This document shows positions 38,287 through 52,610 of a stretch of DNA of 64,000 nt, one piece after another. Numbering within the stretch: position 1 is the stretch's first letter; every line of letters begins with the position of its first letter. The stretch lies in contig JAYWIR010000043.1 of the NCBI GenBank assembly GCA_036172245.1, positions 1,364,001 through 1,428,000 of the forward strand, in the 5' to 3' direction. A program made the translations under genes and the position numbers. Origin of the DNA: Raillietiella orientalis. Lineage: Eukaryota. The notes beneath the pieces are model-generated. The model saw only the letters and a program-made list of their open reading frames with translations. It was not told where the DNA came from and searched no databases.

Positions 38287-41200
38287 GATAAATTTTGCTT
38301 TTATGTTTGTGAAGAAGCAAAAATCAGGTTTTCTTATTTTATAATTTGATCACGCATTTTATTAGATAATGTGTGACAACTGATTTAAACATGACTAGGA
38401 TCAATAAGGCAGACAGCAGCTGAAATCATTATTTATGATACATAAGGAGAAAATAAGTGAGACACCCACCTTTATCTTCAACTGTTCATTGTTTACAAAA
38501 ATGGAATTGCTTCCTACTTTTTTGACTACAAGTATTCTTTGGTATGTGGATGAATCACATTTAGGGTTTAAACTACCGATTGAAAGATTTAATCTGAAAT
38601 ACACACACATTTACAGAAAAAAAAAATATGTATTTACTAACAAATGGCAATTGGGTTCATTCAGTCATTTCTGAACAGGAAAAAAAAAATGTAATTTCCG
38701 CCGGCTAAAATACCACTTAAAACACAGCCAAAACACACGTGAAAGCTCAATACTTCAAAGTATAATGCATTCTGGGTCAGTACATGCTGCCGTACATTAA
38801 TTGGTACAGCAATGTTTAAAATATAACAACTGCCAACAAAGTAAGCTTTTTTGTTGAGTAACTAAAAGGCTCATTTAGATGAAATTATAACGCATTCATA
38901 CAGAAAAATTCGTGAATCGTTAAAATTTTGATGAAAATGCTCAAGAACTGCAACCATACAAAAAATTGATCATATATCATTTTTTATATTATCACTACCA
39001 ATTATATCCTCGGTGGGAACTAATTACCATGAGTATCAGACGTATTCTTTATTTTGTAAAAAAAATGCTAACATCAAGTTATGAATTTCTATTACACTAT
39101 CCAAATATATGAATTAAAGGCGAATTTAGTTCTCAAAAAAAGAAACTAAAAGTTAAACCAAATTATTATGCACATGTGCCTTTTTAATTTAATGTGCATT
39201 ACTGAGTTAAGAAACCGATTGGATTTATTCTTCGAAACTATGGGCAGTTTTATGGCCTATTTTCTAGGAAGTTGACATTTAAATTAACATACGGAAAATT
39301 ACATACTTTCCATAAATAAAGTGCTATAGAGAACGTAATTCATGTTTCTGAGTTTAGACACAAAATAAATGAACGGTACAAACATCGCTCATTGTACGGA
39401 CAATCATATTTCCGAAAACAGTAAAATAAAATTGTTGGAATAATTTCGATACAATATGATTTGCAAACAGTTGATTCGCATTTGCTTAAAAATAAAAGTA
39501 CTTATTTTTGTACGAAAGCTTCCTATTGAGGAGTTGGTTAATTATTTAAATTTTAATTACTTTTATTAATACAAATGAACGCGAATAATCAATAAGATCG
39601 GAGGATTTCATGCTATTTGCCTTATAAATTGAGGGCTACAAAATGCTTTTTATGATAGCATTACATTTTTTTGAAAAAGCAGTAAATGTTTAGGTGATGT
39701 TTTATGGAATAAAAGCGTAAATAATGATTCTTTTATTTTAGGGAGAGGATGTTTATCAGTCGAGCTAAGAAACATTCTTTTTCTAAAAGCAACGAAAGTT
39801 GCATCACTCAGACATTCTAACAAGCAAAATCAAATGCTTAGTCATTGTGGAATCATAACGTGGAATCTTTCATTTTCTGCTTTCTCAAGTCTATGATTGA
39901 GGTGAACAATAAAGGCAATTGTGAAGTACCCTCCAAGAATGTAATTTCAACATTCTGATCAGCATGTATTCGAAATCCAACCTTTGTTTTAGTTCAGATT
40001 AAAAATTAGAACGATCTTTTTCAGCTGACAAGAATCTGGAACCAACATAATGGGCTAAAAGCCAGTTAATGCAGGAGGTCAGAACTTTCTAATATAACGG
40101 ATAACAGAGCCAGGACTTCAAATGTGTGTAATGAACGGATCTATGTTAAGATTTATGAAGTGCTTCATTTGTCTTCAGTTGGATGATGGTCATCATGATG
40201 GGGGCTCTCGCCATGATTTGAAAAAAATTGCTAACAATTTGAAAAAAATCCACTGAGTTCAGGATTTCAATTGAATTTAAGGTTTCAGACAAAAGTCCGT
40301 GATCATGAGTATTTAAGGACAAAGATTCATTATAGTAGCTCAGTAATGAACTTTCGAATGTATGAAATAATCTTCCAAATATGTACAACCATATGACTTT
40401 GGAAACATATTGTTTGCTTGATGAGACAGGTTATTCCAGCAAGTCTCTAGATCTAGAGGAGAAATACTGAAATTTTAGGAACGTTGATGGAGCTATCATT
40501 GCAATGATAGTCACAGTAGATAATAAAATACTCTTTGTTTACACCTTGCTATCTGACTAGGTGACTACATTTCGAGTTTGCGGTAGTGATTCTTCTCCGA
40601 TGGGAACCCCTCTTTTTTTTTTTCCTTTTGAACTTTTTGGTTGAGCTAATGCTTTTGTCAAAAGTTAAAGGTTTTAGCTACTTCGTGACTTTGCATCAAA
40701 CTGTGCAGTTTGTTTCATTTTTCGATGTTTGTATCAAGAAACAGGTGCAGTTCTCATTAATTTTTTCTTGGATGAATTACTTCGAAGCTGCAATGGACTG
40801 AGCATCATCCTGTTAAAAGGATGATGCTCATGATGATTGCTATGAGGATACGAGGATGGTATACATTTAACTTTTTGTGAATTTCTCAATTTATTGGGAT
40901 GAACAGGTTATTTTCAGAGCATCCTGGAAATGGCTTGTTCATTCCTATACTCCTACTTCGATTCCCACTTCCAGCTATTTTTTCTGTCATCGCAAATTTC
41001 TATCCCTGTTCTTTGTTCTTCTAGAAGCTGATGGAACATTGAACTCTGAAGATCAAGATAGCACCGATTTAGCTCTGAAATTAAAAAAGAAAAAAGAATC
41101 AGAAAAAAAAATTAGCTATCGAATAACGGTGAGCAGAAGCACGAAGTGACTGAATTTTTCGCTAAATGACTTGGAATCACGGAGAAATCGACTACTGATA

Positions 41201-42699
41201 TGGGAGGGGAAAAAAAAAACAACAACAACTATGTTGAGAAGAATGAAGCTATTCAGGCTGCAGAATAAAATGACTAGAAGTATTATGAGTTGGAAGAATT
41301 TTCCCAGGATTCTTGTGGCCGAAATGAATATTCAGGAGAGGAGGAGGTCAAATAAGTTGAGTTTAAATGGTTCTCAATGTTTGCACTTGTAGACTGTTAT
41401 ACTGCAATGTATGCATTTCATGATGGAAAATGAACACGTGATAGTCGGAAAGAGCACCGATGGTTAATTTTCCATAATCTTCGAAAACACCCCCCCCACT
41501 TCTCGACCAAATACTGTTGTGTTTTTGAATTCATTGCTTCGGAAGGATACTGGTCACAAGGAGCTTTGAAATGTTCCAACGGAAGCAATTCATTTCCCTT
41601 AATGAAATTACTTCTGAGTGATATTATGTTCCAGCACTGACTTCTTCTTCTTTAGATGACGAGAGAGCACATTTCCTGAAAGAGCTTATCGACAACTGTG
41701 CATAACCAAGGAGGATGTTCTTTGTTTTTGTGGACGGGCACAATGCCATAGGGCCGTTCAGAATTAACCGAACGCCTGCCGATTTTCATATTCCTGCAGT
41801 AGGGGGAAATGGATCGTGATGGAAAGTGAGTGATCAGTTGAATTCAGGATACATTTTCCGAAATCCTACTCTGAAGGCAGAATTAGAGAGCTCAGTTTAG
41901 AAATGGAAGAGATTAATTCTTCACACGTGGAGGGAATTTACACAAGTCGTTTCGTGGGTGCGAAGAAGAGATGCCTATTATGGGGTTTCAGGAAGAAACA
42001 AAACTCGAAGGAGCACTCAGAAAGCTTACGAGTGAAGATGGAAGTAGAGATTCCATATCGGATAAAGTCCATCCATATGATTTAAAACAGCAAAAACGCT
42101 GTTTATTCGACAAGAAAGAAACAAAGAAAGTATGAGAGAGGGAGAGGGAAACGAAATCTTTCCGAGAGATCGCTTGAAAGCGAAAAACAAACATTTAAGA
42201 AAGGAAGACTGAGGAAGCTGTTGAAGAAATCCACAAAACAAACGAAGCCGAAGCATTTCTGAGGGCGGGGATCCGTGCACGGAAATACGGGTACGAAGAG
42301 TTGACGGTATTCCAAAATTCCTGAATTTTCATGCTTTCAGTAGACCGAGTTTTTGCGCTACGAGGAAGATTCAAGAGGGTGTCCTCCATCCAAGTGGTCC
42401 ACTTGCTGATGCGATCGCGATGCCGTGTTGCTAACGTGAACCGACACTTATTCAGATAACATTCCAATATTCAGAAGTTGGGATCGGATTCATGGCTGTC
42501 GGAATTCGCTTTCTATTTCGTTCTATGCTTTTGGATTGAACCTACGGAGAACGGAGGAGAGAGCGAGTGGGATGACGGATGCATTCGACATTATTTTCAC
42601 AGTTCCATCCACATATCTTTGCTCGACGCGCTGGCATTTCCATTCAGCAACGATAATCACATAGAGTTTTCTCCCTGATTCAGAAAACGAACCGAAGAA

Positions 42700-43100
42700 C
42701 TTCACTTCACTTCATTTTTGCCCGTGCATAAGGAGCACAGCGACTGCAGAAGTGTTTCGCCTATCAGTTTGTCAGGTATAAACGAGAGCTTTCCTGTTTA
42801 CATGGTGGCACTAGTAGGGATAAGGGAAGAAGCAAAAAGGCCCACGGGCCTACAAAAGGTGCAGGGAATTTCAGGGAGGTAAACTTTTCGGCAGACACTC
42901 TTTACTCTGTTTGTAACAACGCTCTCCATGGCTGCTGTGCAACTAAGAAATTCTCGAATATACGTCACTCTCCCGTGAAATCGCGATCTCCCGGCGTGGT
43001 TCCCCCATCTCTTATCCTCCTCCAACCGGAGATGCAGCTTCTCTCCACGCACCTGAGAATGACGAGTTGGAGCATAAAATTTAGCGCGAATTTCATGAAT
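42700..43100 (+). mobile_element. Possible decayed non-LTR RT fragment
   Basis: FLPVHKEHSDCRSVSPISL (~42715-42772, PxxK..NYRPISL-like) then QGISGR (~42862). Confidence 0.35.
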
Positions 43101-43911
43101 TTCGGAACGGAACCGCTGCAGAGTTAACTCTTTCCTACGATGGAAGGTTGTTTTTTTTTTTTTTTTTTTTTTCTTGTAAAACACTGTTTCATCACTCTCT
43201 GGCTGCACACTGTGTGCACTCTAGCCATAGGAAACCGTACAGGCTGGACAAATGTTTGCATACTTACGTGCATGTCCAGCTTCATGCATCTCAGTAAGTA
43301 CACATCCTGACAAGCAAATTCGTAGAGGAATGATTTGCATGTACGGCATGTGTGTTTACAGATCTGCCAACTCTCGTGCCCACTGAACTGGAAAACCTTT
43401 CATGCTTCCATCTTGTGCTTGGACCAAGGTATATCCCAATCAATAGGCAACTGCCGTGCGGTGGATGAAATCCTACAAAAGGAATGGTACACAATCTCCA
43501 AGCAGTCAGACAGTTCATTCATTAATAACGATAATTCGAATTGCGATAGTGGCAGCCATTTTGTCGGCCCTGCTTCAAAATTGTGATCAAATTTTCAGAG
43601 GCCATTAATTCAGGAAGTGTTTGGTCCGAGCATGGAAAATGGCTGTTCTAAGAATTGTCATCTTGTTATGTTTGAATAGCAGAGATACGAAAACAAAAAA
43701 TTTGTGTGCAAACTGGGCATCTGTCGAGATGCTTGAGATTGCGGGTATTTGTTTTTGGCATCTGAAAAATGTATCTTAGTTACCGAGCTCTTGGTTCCCA
43801 AAAGGTTTGTTTTCATTCATCTTTGAAACCTGACTGAAAAATGAAACAAATGATCTCTTTATGTTCCATTGATCTATCAGTTTTTGCGAAAAAGGAATCA
43901 GGAGAAAACAC

Positions 43912-44027
<116 letters not shown>

Positions 44028-44229
44028 TCGCAACATGAAGGGGGGGGGGGAAGGAAAGGAGAGAAAGAAAATAGATGTAGCTTCCTTTTTTTTTGCTACT
44101 GATCAGTAAAGAAAACCAGAGGATGAGGTTTTTACTTTAATATCTCTTGTTCGCTTAGAAAAACATAACAGTAAGGTCACAGCAAAGAGACAGCAAAAGT
44201 TCCGTTTTTCAAAGCAGAGTACACAGGAT

Positions 44230-47200
44230 AGGTGTCCTTAGGCAAATGTGTTGGCCTTTGTCACGAAGAGCAGTCGAAAATTGCCAAATGCCAATCGTGT
44301 AGCATAATTCCCAAGGTGGATTACATCAACCTCGCGTTCGTAGATGGGTCAAATCTCCTCGACCTGAAAAAATGCACCCTTTCGTGCAGCCGAATGCACG
44401 AAGAATACGCAACAGCAAAGCGTATGGGAAGGGCGGATCGCATGAAAGGGCACTCCCCATCATTTTCAGGAACGAAACTCAAAGTCAAGATGGATGCTGA
44501 AAAAGGCTCAGTTTCAATTCGATTTTTTACAGCGAAGTCAATTTCACGTTTTACGATTAAGATATTCCTGGAATCGATGTGGCCTTGCATAAAAAAAGGG
44601 GGGGGCGAAATAAATAAATCATGAGTTTTTCATGACTTGCAATTAACGGAACAGGAAAACCAATGGAAGCAATTAATGGAACGTCTCAAAGGAGGTTACC
44701 AAAACGTACTCTTATCCAGAAGAACATAATGTAGTCCACGAGTGCGTGAAGGAAGATGGGAATCGGAGAAATCTGCGTCCTGATGGGGTCTAAGGAAGGT
44801 AGTGACCAAGGTATGGGGCCCCACGCATCTCAAAGTTGAGGGAGAACACAGGGAAGGGATCACACTCCACCATGGATCAGGCACAACGTGAGCGCACGTA
44901 GGTTTCGTAGGGGAGAAGGGGGGGGGGGAATGAAGTGTTTCTGGATTGCAATGAGGGCTTGCTTACTTTCAAGATGATGAATCCCACTTCAGGCAGGAGG
45001 AACGAAATCCAAAACGGAAAAGGTCCTCTCTGTTCCAGAAATGGTTGCTGGGGTGGATATCTATAGAAGCATGAAGGAGTATTTCGATGAACCGAGAGAG
45101 ATGCTATCTTCTCGAGCAGCACACGGAAATAACCGAACAGCCGGCTACGAGTAACTCTTGTTTAATGTGTTTAGGCAGAAGAAGCCATGAAAAGAGCAAA
45201 CTGGGAGCGTTACACCACTGTTTACGAAAGAAAGCCCACGATCCGGAAGACTTTTGATGCTATAAAAGTTATATTTGATTCGAGACGCAAGTTGCACCTC
45301 CCTCTGGAATGAGGAAATGAAGACAGTTAACAGCTGCATGCCCACAGAGCCATGAAAACATCCACTGAAAGCAGTAGCTAGCTACACACCATCCGATTTC
45401 GTAACTCACCAGTTATCCCCATTATAGCTTCAGGTCATTTCGGTGCTTGCGCGAAGAAGAAACAACAAGGCTGGGCCGCAGGCTGGAGTGTGTTACTTTT
45501 ATTGACTGGAGGTGCTGAATAAAACAACAGCAGCTGCCATGTTTTGACAACGCGAGCAGTTCGAACTTCAAAAGTCGCACCGATTCTCTTTTGCAGTGCC
45601 TGAAAGAAAACTTCCGGTTCTGCCATGTGGTTCCACCCAATTTTTGAAGAATACCTGGTCACTTGGCGATTATGGGAAAGCCCATCATTCCAACAATTTT
45701 ACCGACAGGGAAACTACAGACGTGGGCACTTAGGGTTGCCAAAAAAAAAAAAAAAAAAGCCGTGGAAGTTGAAATAGCCAATCGCTCAGTTAAGAACCGG
45801 TACCACACTGCTGCTGCTTCTCTATGGAAACGATACTGCTGGCGCCATCATTTCATGATTGCTCCCCGGGAGGCTGCTGGATGGAACATTCTACTTTTTT
45901 GCTGCTCTATGACCTCGATAAAATACATTTTGCGTACTGTTGATCGGAGAAGATGGAAACGGGCTTTTTTATGTGTTACGTATCGATAAAAGTTGCTAAA
46001 CTGTATTTGTCATCTCGTGTGGAATCCTATTGAAACATTTCAAACGCAAATGAATTTTCCTGTTTGCTTTTTTCCTGATTGCACCCGCAGGCGGCAGCAA
46101 GCGCGTGTGTGGTCCGACCGTCTGGCACTTGGGCTACCTGAGCTTCAAGACGGACGTCCTTGGCCACGCAAATTTAATCAGAGGCACGGCTTCAGTTTGA
46201 ATGAGGCGTGTCATCCGGGAGACGCGGAAAGCATTCATCGGAGCCATTCGTTGACCGTGGTCCGAGCGTTCGGAAAACACACACCTCCACTTGGCTTTTC
46301 CTTTTTCCTCGGCACGCTTGGCGAGACCGTCCGAACCGACCTTTACAGCACTTTCGGAAGCGCGGAAGCGTTTTCCACGATTGCGGGGAATCGGATTTCG
46401 GCTCCGGCTCGTGTTCGAACCATCATCTCATCCCGGTCGCCCATGCCCTCGTCGCGTGCACGCAACCCTTTTTGCATACGCGGGGACGCTGAGCGATGGT
46501 ATCGGAGGAGATGAAATCATTCAGCACGTGTTTCTAGCAGGATGGGCAAACATTGTGGAACGACTGTCATACTCTGCAGCTTGGGAGATCCGAAAAAGAA
46601 ATGACACAAAGTATTCGACGCAGCATCCTTTCCTGTCGAAAGCAATCGCTCGACGTTTCTTGTTCGAAAAACAAGATAAAGCCCTACGTATTCCCAATAG
46701 GAAACATCGCTGAATAACAAGATGAACAAAGAGAATCCAGAGAACGATGCAATTTCCGCTGCATAAAAAGGATGCTTTCTTTATTTAGAAGTTCTGCCGC
46801 TTTCTTAATTCTATTGGGACAGCACAACGCGAAGACTGGAGTGCATGAAAAGAAGAAAACGACTGACAGAGACCGAAGCAGTCGCTGTCAGAAGAATGCG
46901 ATCAAAAGGATCACATCTTCGCTTCTGATCGGCCCGAAGTACGCTCCGAATTTCCAAACCATTTGGGAAATTTGCCAAATTTATTCAGATGTTTGGTTGC
47001 TCTGAGAACGGAACGGTGTCAGTAGCATTGGGATGCAGCTCAAGTGGGGGAATTCATTTACCTGTAATTCTTCAGCGCAATTTCGAAAAATTCCCAGCAT
47101 GGCTCATAGCCATCATTTTTTTCATTACAGATGACTACGAACGAGCACTCGAGCAGCTTCCATTCGAAGGTCTTCCTCTTTAGAAGAAGCGCGACTTGGC

Positions 47201-49000
47201 ACAGGGGAAGAGGTTGATGGGTTCCCCAGTTTTTCCCCCCTTTTTCGAAACGAGCGGCATTGGTTACGGAGGCAGCAGCTCAATTTTCATCATGAGATCC
47301 AGTGATGCCACAGTATGGTGCAACCAGAAGAACGAAGGAAGTGAATTCCAAGCATGCGGAAGCTATTCGAATTATTCTTTGCAAACGAAGAGCAATTTTT
47401 CCTCAAACAACAACAACAACAACAAAAAAACCCTTTGCATTTTTTTAAATCCAATCAACCGTGATTTTTCATTCAATGTCAATTTGCATTATCAATCAAT
47501 CGCATCATTCCTAATCAAAAGTTGAATGTTGACTAATGACTCCTGGATGAATTTGGAACTGTTTTCTCGTTTTGGACCTCGCACCAGTTGTGAAGTTCTC
47601 TTCGCCAGGGTTGCCAACTCGGAAGTTGAATACCTCCAAGAAAACTCGTTCTCTCTCTCTCTCTCTCTCGCCGTTATTCTTCTTTTCCTAAAGCCCTTCG
47701 ATGAAAAATAAACTTTTCCCTCTGATAGCGAAGGGGACTCCAAGAGTCAAAGGTCAAATGAAGACCTACTCAGAAAATATGTGAAATTCCGGACACGGAA
47801 TAATTTCCGTTCACACAGGACGATGATTTGACACACATTCAGGATGGTTTCTTGGGTTCCCTTTTTGGGGAAATCGCACCCCACGTTTTCACTCCGATGT
47901 GTTCCACTCTGGCAAGCAGCTGGAACCGTGCAAACTCAGAGCACAGGCATAAGATAAAACCATGGAAACGAACCCGCAAAGCATCATCACTCAAGGATGC
48001 CTTCAGAAAACGCCGGAATCACACAAGAGCTCCTCTTGCATTCGTGCTTTGGCCAATCACAGATGATTATTCTCGCCTATTCCACCTATAAATATGGGAC
48101 GGCACCACTGAATTCGACACTGATTGATCCAATATTGAGAATACATATTTTCCTGTCTGGATGAAATGCCGGTACATAATACATGGACGTATGAAATTAG
48201 CTTTACTTGTTAGACAGTCTTCTTACCCAATCACACAGTTTCTCTACTAAAAGCATAAACCTATAACACATTCTAGCTTTACATAGTCGAAAAAAATATA
48301 ATTAATTACGTCATTTTCCTGACCGTCTCTAAATTATCACGCAGGTTTTTTTTTTCACTGTGTTCACTAGAACTGCAGCAGTTTTCTGGACCATGCACAT
48401 CAGGATACACATTCTTTCGTTTGACTTCTTGATCTACCACCCATGAATACGGATCCTTCAGCTGAATCTATTTTTTCCTCTTCTTCTTCTTCATTTAAAT
48501 CCATTCGAGCCACAGATACGGATGGAAAGCGAGCAAATAATGAACTTTTAAAGTAACGAAATGATCAAGGAAAATATCGGTCTTCGAATTGGGAACCATC
48601 TGATTTCCAGATGCGTCGATTTTTTCCAGAAATCGCCAGGAAAGAAGAATCGAACCCAAAGAAAATAAATCAAAACGAAAATTGCACTCAGCAAAAGAGT
48701 GACTGTGCTTTGCTAATAAATGAAAAGGTGTCACTGATGTGATTTCTCGAGGACCATTAGCTTAATCAGAAAATGAATCAGCAGTCTGATTTGAGTACTT
48801 CAAGGCGGCTACACTACTATACAGTGATGCAGCGTGCAAATTACATACAGTATTAGCAAAGTATTGCAGATCATACTTGAATGCTTACTACGTGTCTGCG
48901 AGAAATCACTCATCACCAGAAGACGTGCATTGAACCAATGTAGAACGAAGATCGAGCAGTCTGCTTCATGCAATGTGTACAATTGATACATGTGTGAATA
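44230..49000 (-). mobile_element. Decayed Helitron/Helentron-like Rep-Pif1 helicase relic
   Basis: Helicase part: PHGRTGSFL (~45630, Walker A-like), VTHSS (~45495), PDRGLSFVNSGVTLPV (~45245, PFGG..GD..LPV-like), SIGFPVPLI (~44665), CPFMRSALPIRFAVAYS (~44450-44400, PFxRxQxPxRLAFA-like). Weaker Rep-like remnants: SDFSQTRSKH (~48900), KHSHSFAECNFRF (~48700), AFHPYL, DPYS (~48450). Confidence 0.55.
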
Positions 49001-49779
49001 CAGTTTTTCCAAGTTCTTTTCCCTTTCTTTCTTTCTACAGATGATACGCGTGCCTTATAGCCTTTATGATGGAACGCCAGCCATTATTTCATGGTGGGGG
49101 ACAAAATAGGTGCGATCTACAAAATAAGGCTGTCAGATGTTCACTGTCATGGAAAGTCAATCTCATAAGCATGATCGTGCTGCTTACGGCACCAATGGCC
49201 ACTGCATTTTATTGAACATGGATGCGGTCCACTTTTTTTGCCGTAGTTATCTCAAATATGCGATGGTTTGTCTCTTCGCTCATCAACTCTCGAATGCAAC
49301 AAATCTTATTCTTATGCAGAATGCTCTGCATTCACAACCTATCTGCTTTCTGTGATGGCGCTCCAAGCGGATTCGGATCCATTAGAATCTATCAGGCTCA
49401 GCATCTTCCACATCCTTCGAACATCCTCTGCCCACTCCTGCATGAGTTTTAAAGGTTTGATCCTATCCTTTCTTCACAGGTTTCGCATCTTGGCAAACAA
49501 GAAAGCATGAAAGCGAAAATCATCCAGTCGGCTGAGAAGGAATGGATTTTGCTAATTATTCCATATATCATCTCATATTCAGTTCCTACCGTGGGTGATT
49601 CGAATCATTATTAGGTGATGTAGTCTGCCTAGCAGTCTGTCTCAGAGAATGGTCACTCTGATGTTCTGGAGTCTGGTGAGACTGCACAGAAACGAACTCC
49701 ACTACGATCAAAGACAACTGTTAACGAGATGTTGAAAACATAAATATCAAGAGAATTTTTTTTTTTCCAAGAAGCTCAC

Positions 49780-50300
49780 ATGGTCCTGCTTTCGTAGCAC
49801 CGTTCATTCGTCGAGGGTGAAACGGCTAAATCCGTGTCCACCAAACTCAGGTGGTGATTTTTTCGAATGAAGTTTTTGGAACAGTTCCTTTGGTGAGATC
49901 CGGTGGTGAGAACGAGCAGCCTGGGGCATAACTGTGATGGCTGCTTGTTTTGGAGAACGTTCATTCCAGTGGGATGAGTGAAGTGGAAAACCACATTTCA
50001 AGTGGTGCTTAAAATGAATAGAAACCCCAAACACTTCCGAGCTCTATCTTTGGATCTGCGCCTTTCTTCTGAGAGTAGCACCATGGATGGACATCGGGGA
50101 ATCATTGACTGCATGCACGTAAGTTCTGCTGTTTGCCAAAACTGCTTGGTGTTTCGTTCTGACACGAGTTGCGTTTGTGTCGAAACGAATCATCTGATCC
50201 TAAGGAACTTCAGAACTGGATAAAGACATGGTAGAAGCATTCTTCTGAGCTGTACGACTTTTATTAAATAGAAGTTTATGCTCTCTCAGTAGTATTGCTC
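49780..50300 (-). mobile_element. Non-LTR RT thumb fragment
   Basis: KCFGVSI (KYLGV-like) ..SPPEFGGHGF (PxxxGGxG-like). Confidence 0.35.
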
Positions 50301-50734
50301 AGCAGTCGAAGAGCACCACCCACTCTTCATGGTTGATGGTACGGGAAACACTCCCGAAGCAATCCATGGCTGCACATAGTTTGATTTCTTGTTTCTTAAG
50401 TTCTGATGTTTGAAGCTGCAATGCTCTAGTTTCCCTTTCCCAGGCTGCCTAGCAACGCTTGTTTCCCGCCGCGATCCTTGAGTGAGGGAATGAGTCTCTT
50501 GAGTGATCCTCTTCCCTCTTCATCGTTCTCGGGAGGAAAGGAGAAAGAACACAGCAAAGGAAAAGCAGTAAAGGCAGCACGGGGGCTGTAACTCGACGGA
50601 AAGATAATGGGTGCTCGGAAAGATAAGAGGAGAACGGGAAAGAGCGATGGTAACAACGGTGGTGGATGTGTGCTCTGGAACGTGATTGCACACCTTTGCT
50701 AACCGTCTAATGTTAACAGTGGAACTAAGAACGG

Positions 50735-51730
50735 TCAGGATATCACTTCCGTCGTGGTGGTCTCCAGTCCGACCAGCGGAAGGCTGGATTTATTAAACAA
50801 CTTCCATACAACTGCACCATTAACGCATTTCTGCAGACACTTTCTTGGGTGTTTCTGCACACAAAAGTCGAAGTCACTGAGTGTCACTTTCTTTCTCCGC
50901 GTTCGGGATTCTTTCTCATCTGAGGGAGGGGGAGCAAGGGTTTGGTAGGCATTCCATTCACTTAAGTAGCATTCGTCATCTTCGAGATGCAGCAGTATGT
51001 CCGGCGGGTACCCTACCACAGCTCCTAATCCCAATCTCCCTGTGTATCACTCCTTGGAGAATAGCCGCTGCAGGCATACAGCGCTCCGATATCCCGCATT
51101 TTTGCCCTTGTCCCGATGACCGTGATGAAGAGAGCGATGGTTGTGCGGACTATCACCCTCTTAGAAGAAGAACGGGAAATGAACAGAAACCCCTCCCATT
51201 CCCTTCGAACGTTCCAGCCAAGATCTCCTTCTTCGGGGTCGTTTGCAGGTCCGTCATCTCCTTCAGCACTTCCCAATCCTGGTGCAGAGTCAGGCAGGTG
51301 AGATCGTGAAACTGGGTTCTCTGACTCTCCATGCTTTGCACAATTCATCTTGGCAGTATATTGAGAAGCTTTAGATCGAATTCTGGAGCCACCCAGTATT
51401 TCACCATAGTAAACTAGTAGGTGGTCATCCTGAGAGTTCGGTGGTGGGTTCTTCTATGTCGCTGTGCCGACCGCTAGGCAGGCTCCCGTTCCGGATCCCA
51501 TTGTGATTGGCAGCCTGCTCAAGTGTACCATCTTCTTTCTGCTTACCCTCCATTTCATAGTGACTCTGTTGATCAGACGCCACGCATTGGTTGCTGGATG
51601 TTTGCAGAGCTCCCGTATTCTGTGGAAGAAACTTCCCATCATTTCCGTGATGCAGCGATACAGTTGCAGCTTATAGCAATTGCCACTGGTGGCTAACGGT
51701 TTGCAGTCACAGATGGCCATCCGTGACCTT
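50735..51730 (-). mobile_element. Decayed RLE-type non-LTR RT
   Basis: DCKPLATSGNCYKL (NxRPI..YKL-like), VHLSRLPITMGS, AVVGYPPDILL (AYADD-like), KLFNKSS. Confidence 0.45.
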
Positions 51731-51744
51731 TGGATCGTGCATTT

Positions 51745-52610
51745 TCACGTCTCTCGAGGACCCTTAATGAAACACAGAATCACCGCTGCCAGTTCTTCCT
51801 GCCACAATTCATTGCTTCGAGACACTATCTTCTGCTGGTGAGTCACCACCAGTGCCTGTTTTCTTTTCCACGAGATATCCCCACACTCTCCACGTTTGCC
51901 TATTCGAGCTGACATGGGTCTTTCGAGTTGTTGACCAGCTTCGAGTAGGCACTGTACGCCGCGTAAGGCCACTGGTCCCAGTCGTTGGTGAGATCCATGC
52001 TCTCCACGGATTGCTCCAGAGATTTCATCCTCCTCTTGCAGATGGCATGAAAGCTTCCGCCCAACCTGCAGCTCGTGTTCTCTCCAGAGCTTCCTTCGTA
52101 GCTGTCCCACTTCCATCTTCGTCTCCTTATCCATCTGGCAGAAGACGGCCCCGAAGAGCACCTTGGGGAGGAGCACGCCGTTCCACAATTTGGCCATCTG
52201 CTTCACGTTGAACCTTCACTTCATTGGCACGTTCATCCTTCACTTCTCGTACGTACTTAGCGGCTTCCCCTCTGGTTTTTTCCATGGATCTCCTCTGTAT
52301 TTGAGGAGCGGATGCATCTACGATGCGTACTGTTAGATACTTGATTTCATCCGCTACTCTGCATCCCTTCTCCGTCAACGCGGAGAGGTCCAGGATTCCG
52401 ATGGGCAATAGTTGTGACTTGTGGGCGTTCCTTTTCAAGTCTCTTTCCATCGACTCAACTACACCGAGAAACTCATGCCAATGCTTGTCATCCATCAGAA
52501 GGATGAAAAGATCGCTTGCATACGCCAGGTGACTAAGTCTGTCGTGATCCTGTAGTGTAGCTTCCGCTGGAACCGAGACAGAAAGTCCTCCGAGCATTTT
52601 CAGCATCAGT
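51745..52610 (-). mobile_element. L1/Tx1-like RT-thumb fragment
   Basis: SHLAYASDLFIL, LKRNAHKSQLLPIG, EIKYL, then LWNGVLLPKVLF..RKLW. Confidence 0.7.

Noticed and set aside
39900..40500. Penelope-like RT remnants (QLDDG..MG..LSP, LLDET, SLDL)
   Set aside because: Requires several frameshifts in AT-rich DNA; too weak to call.
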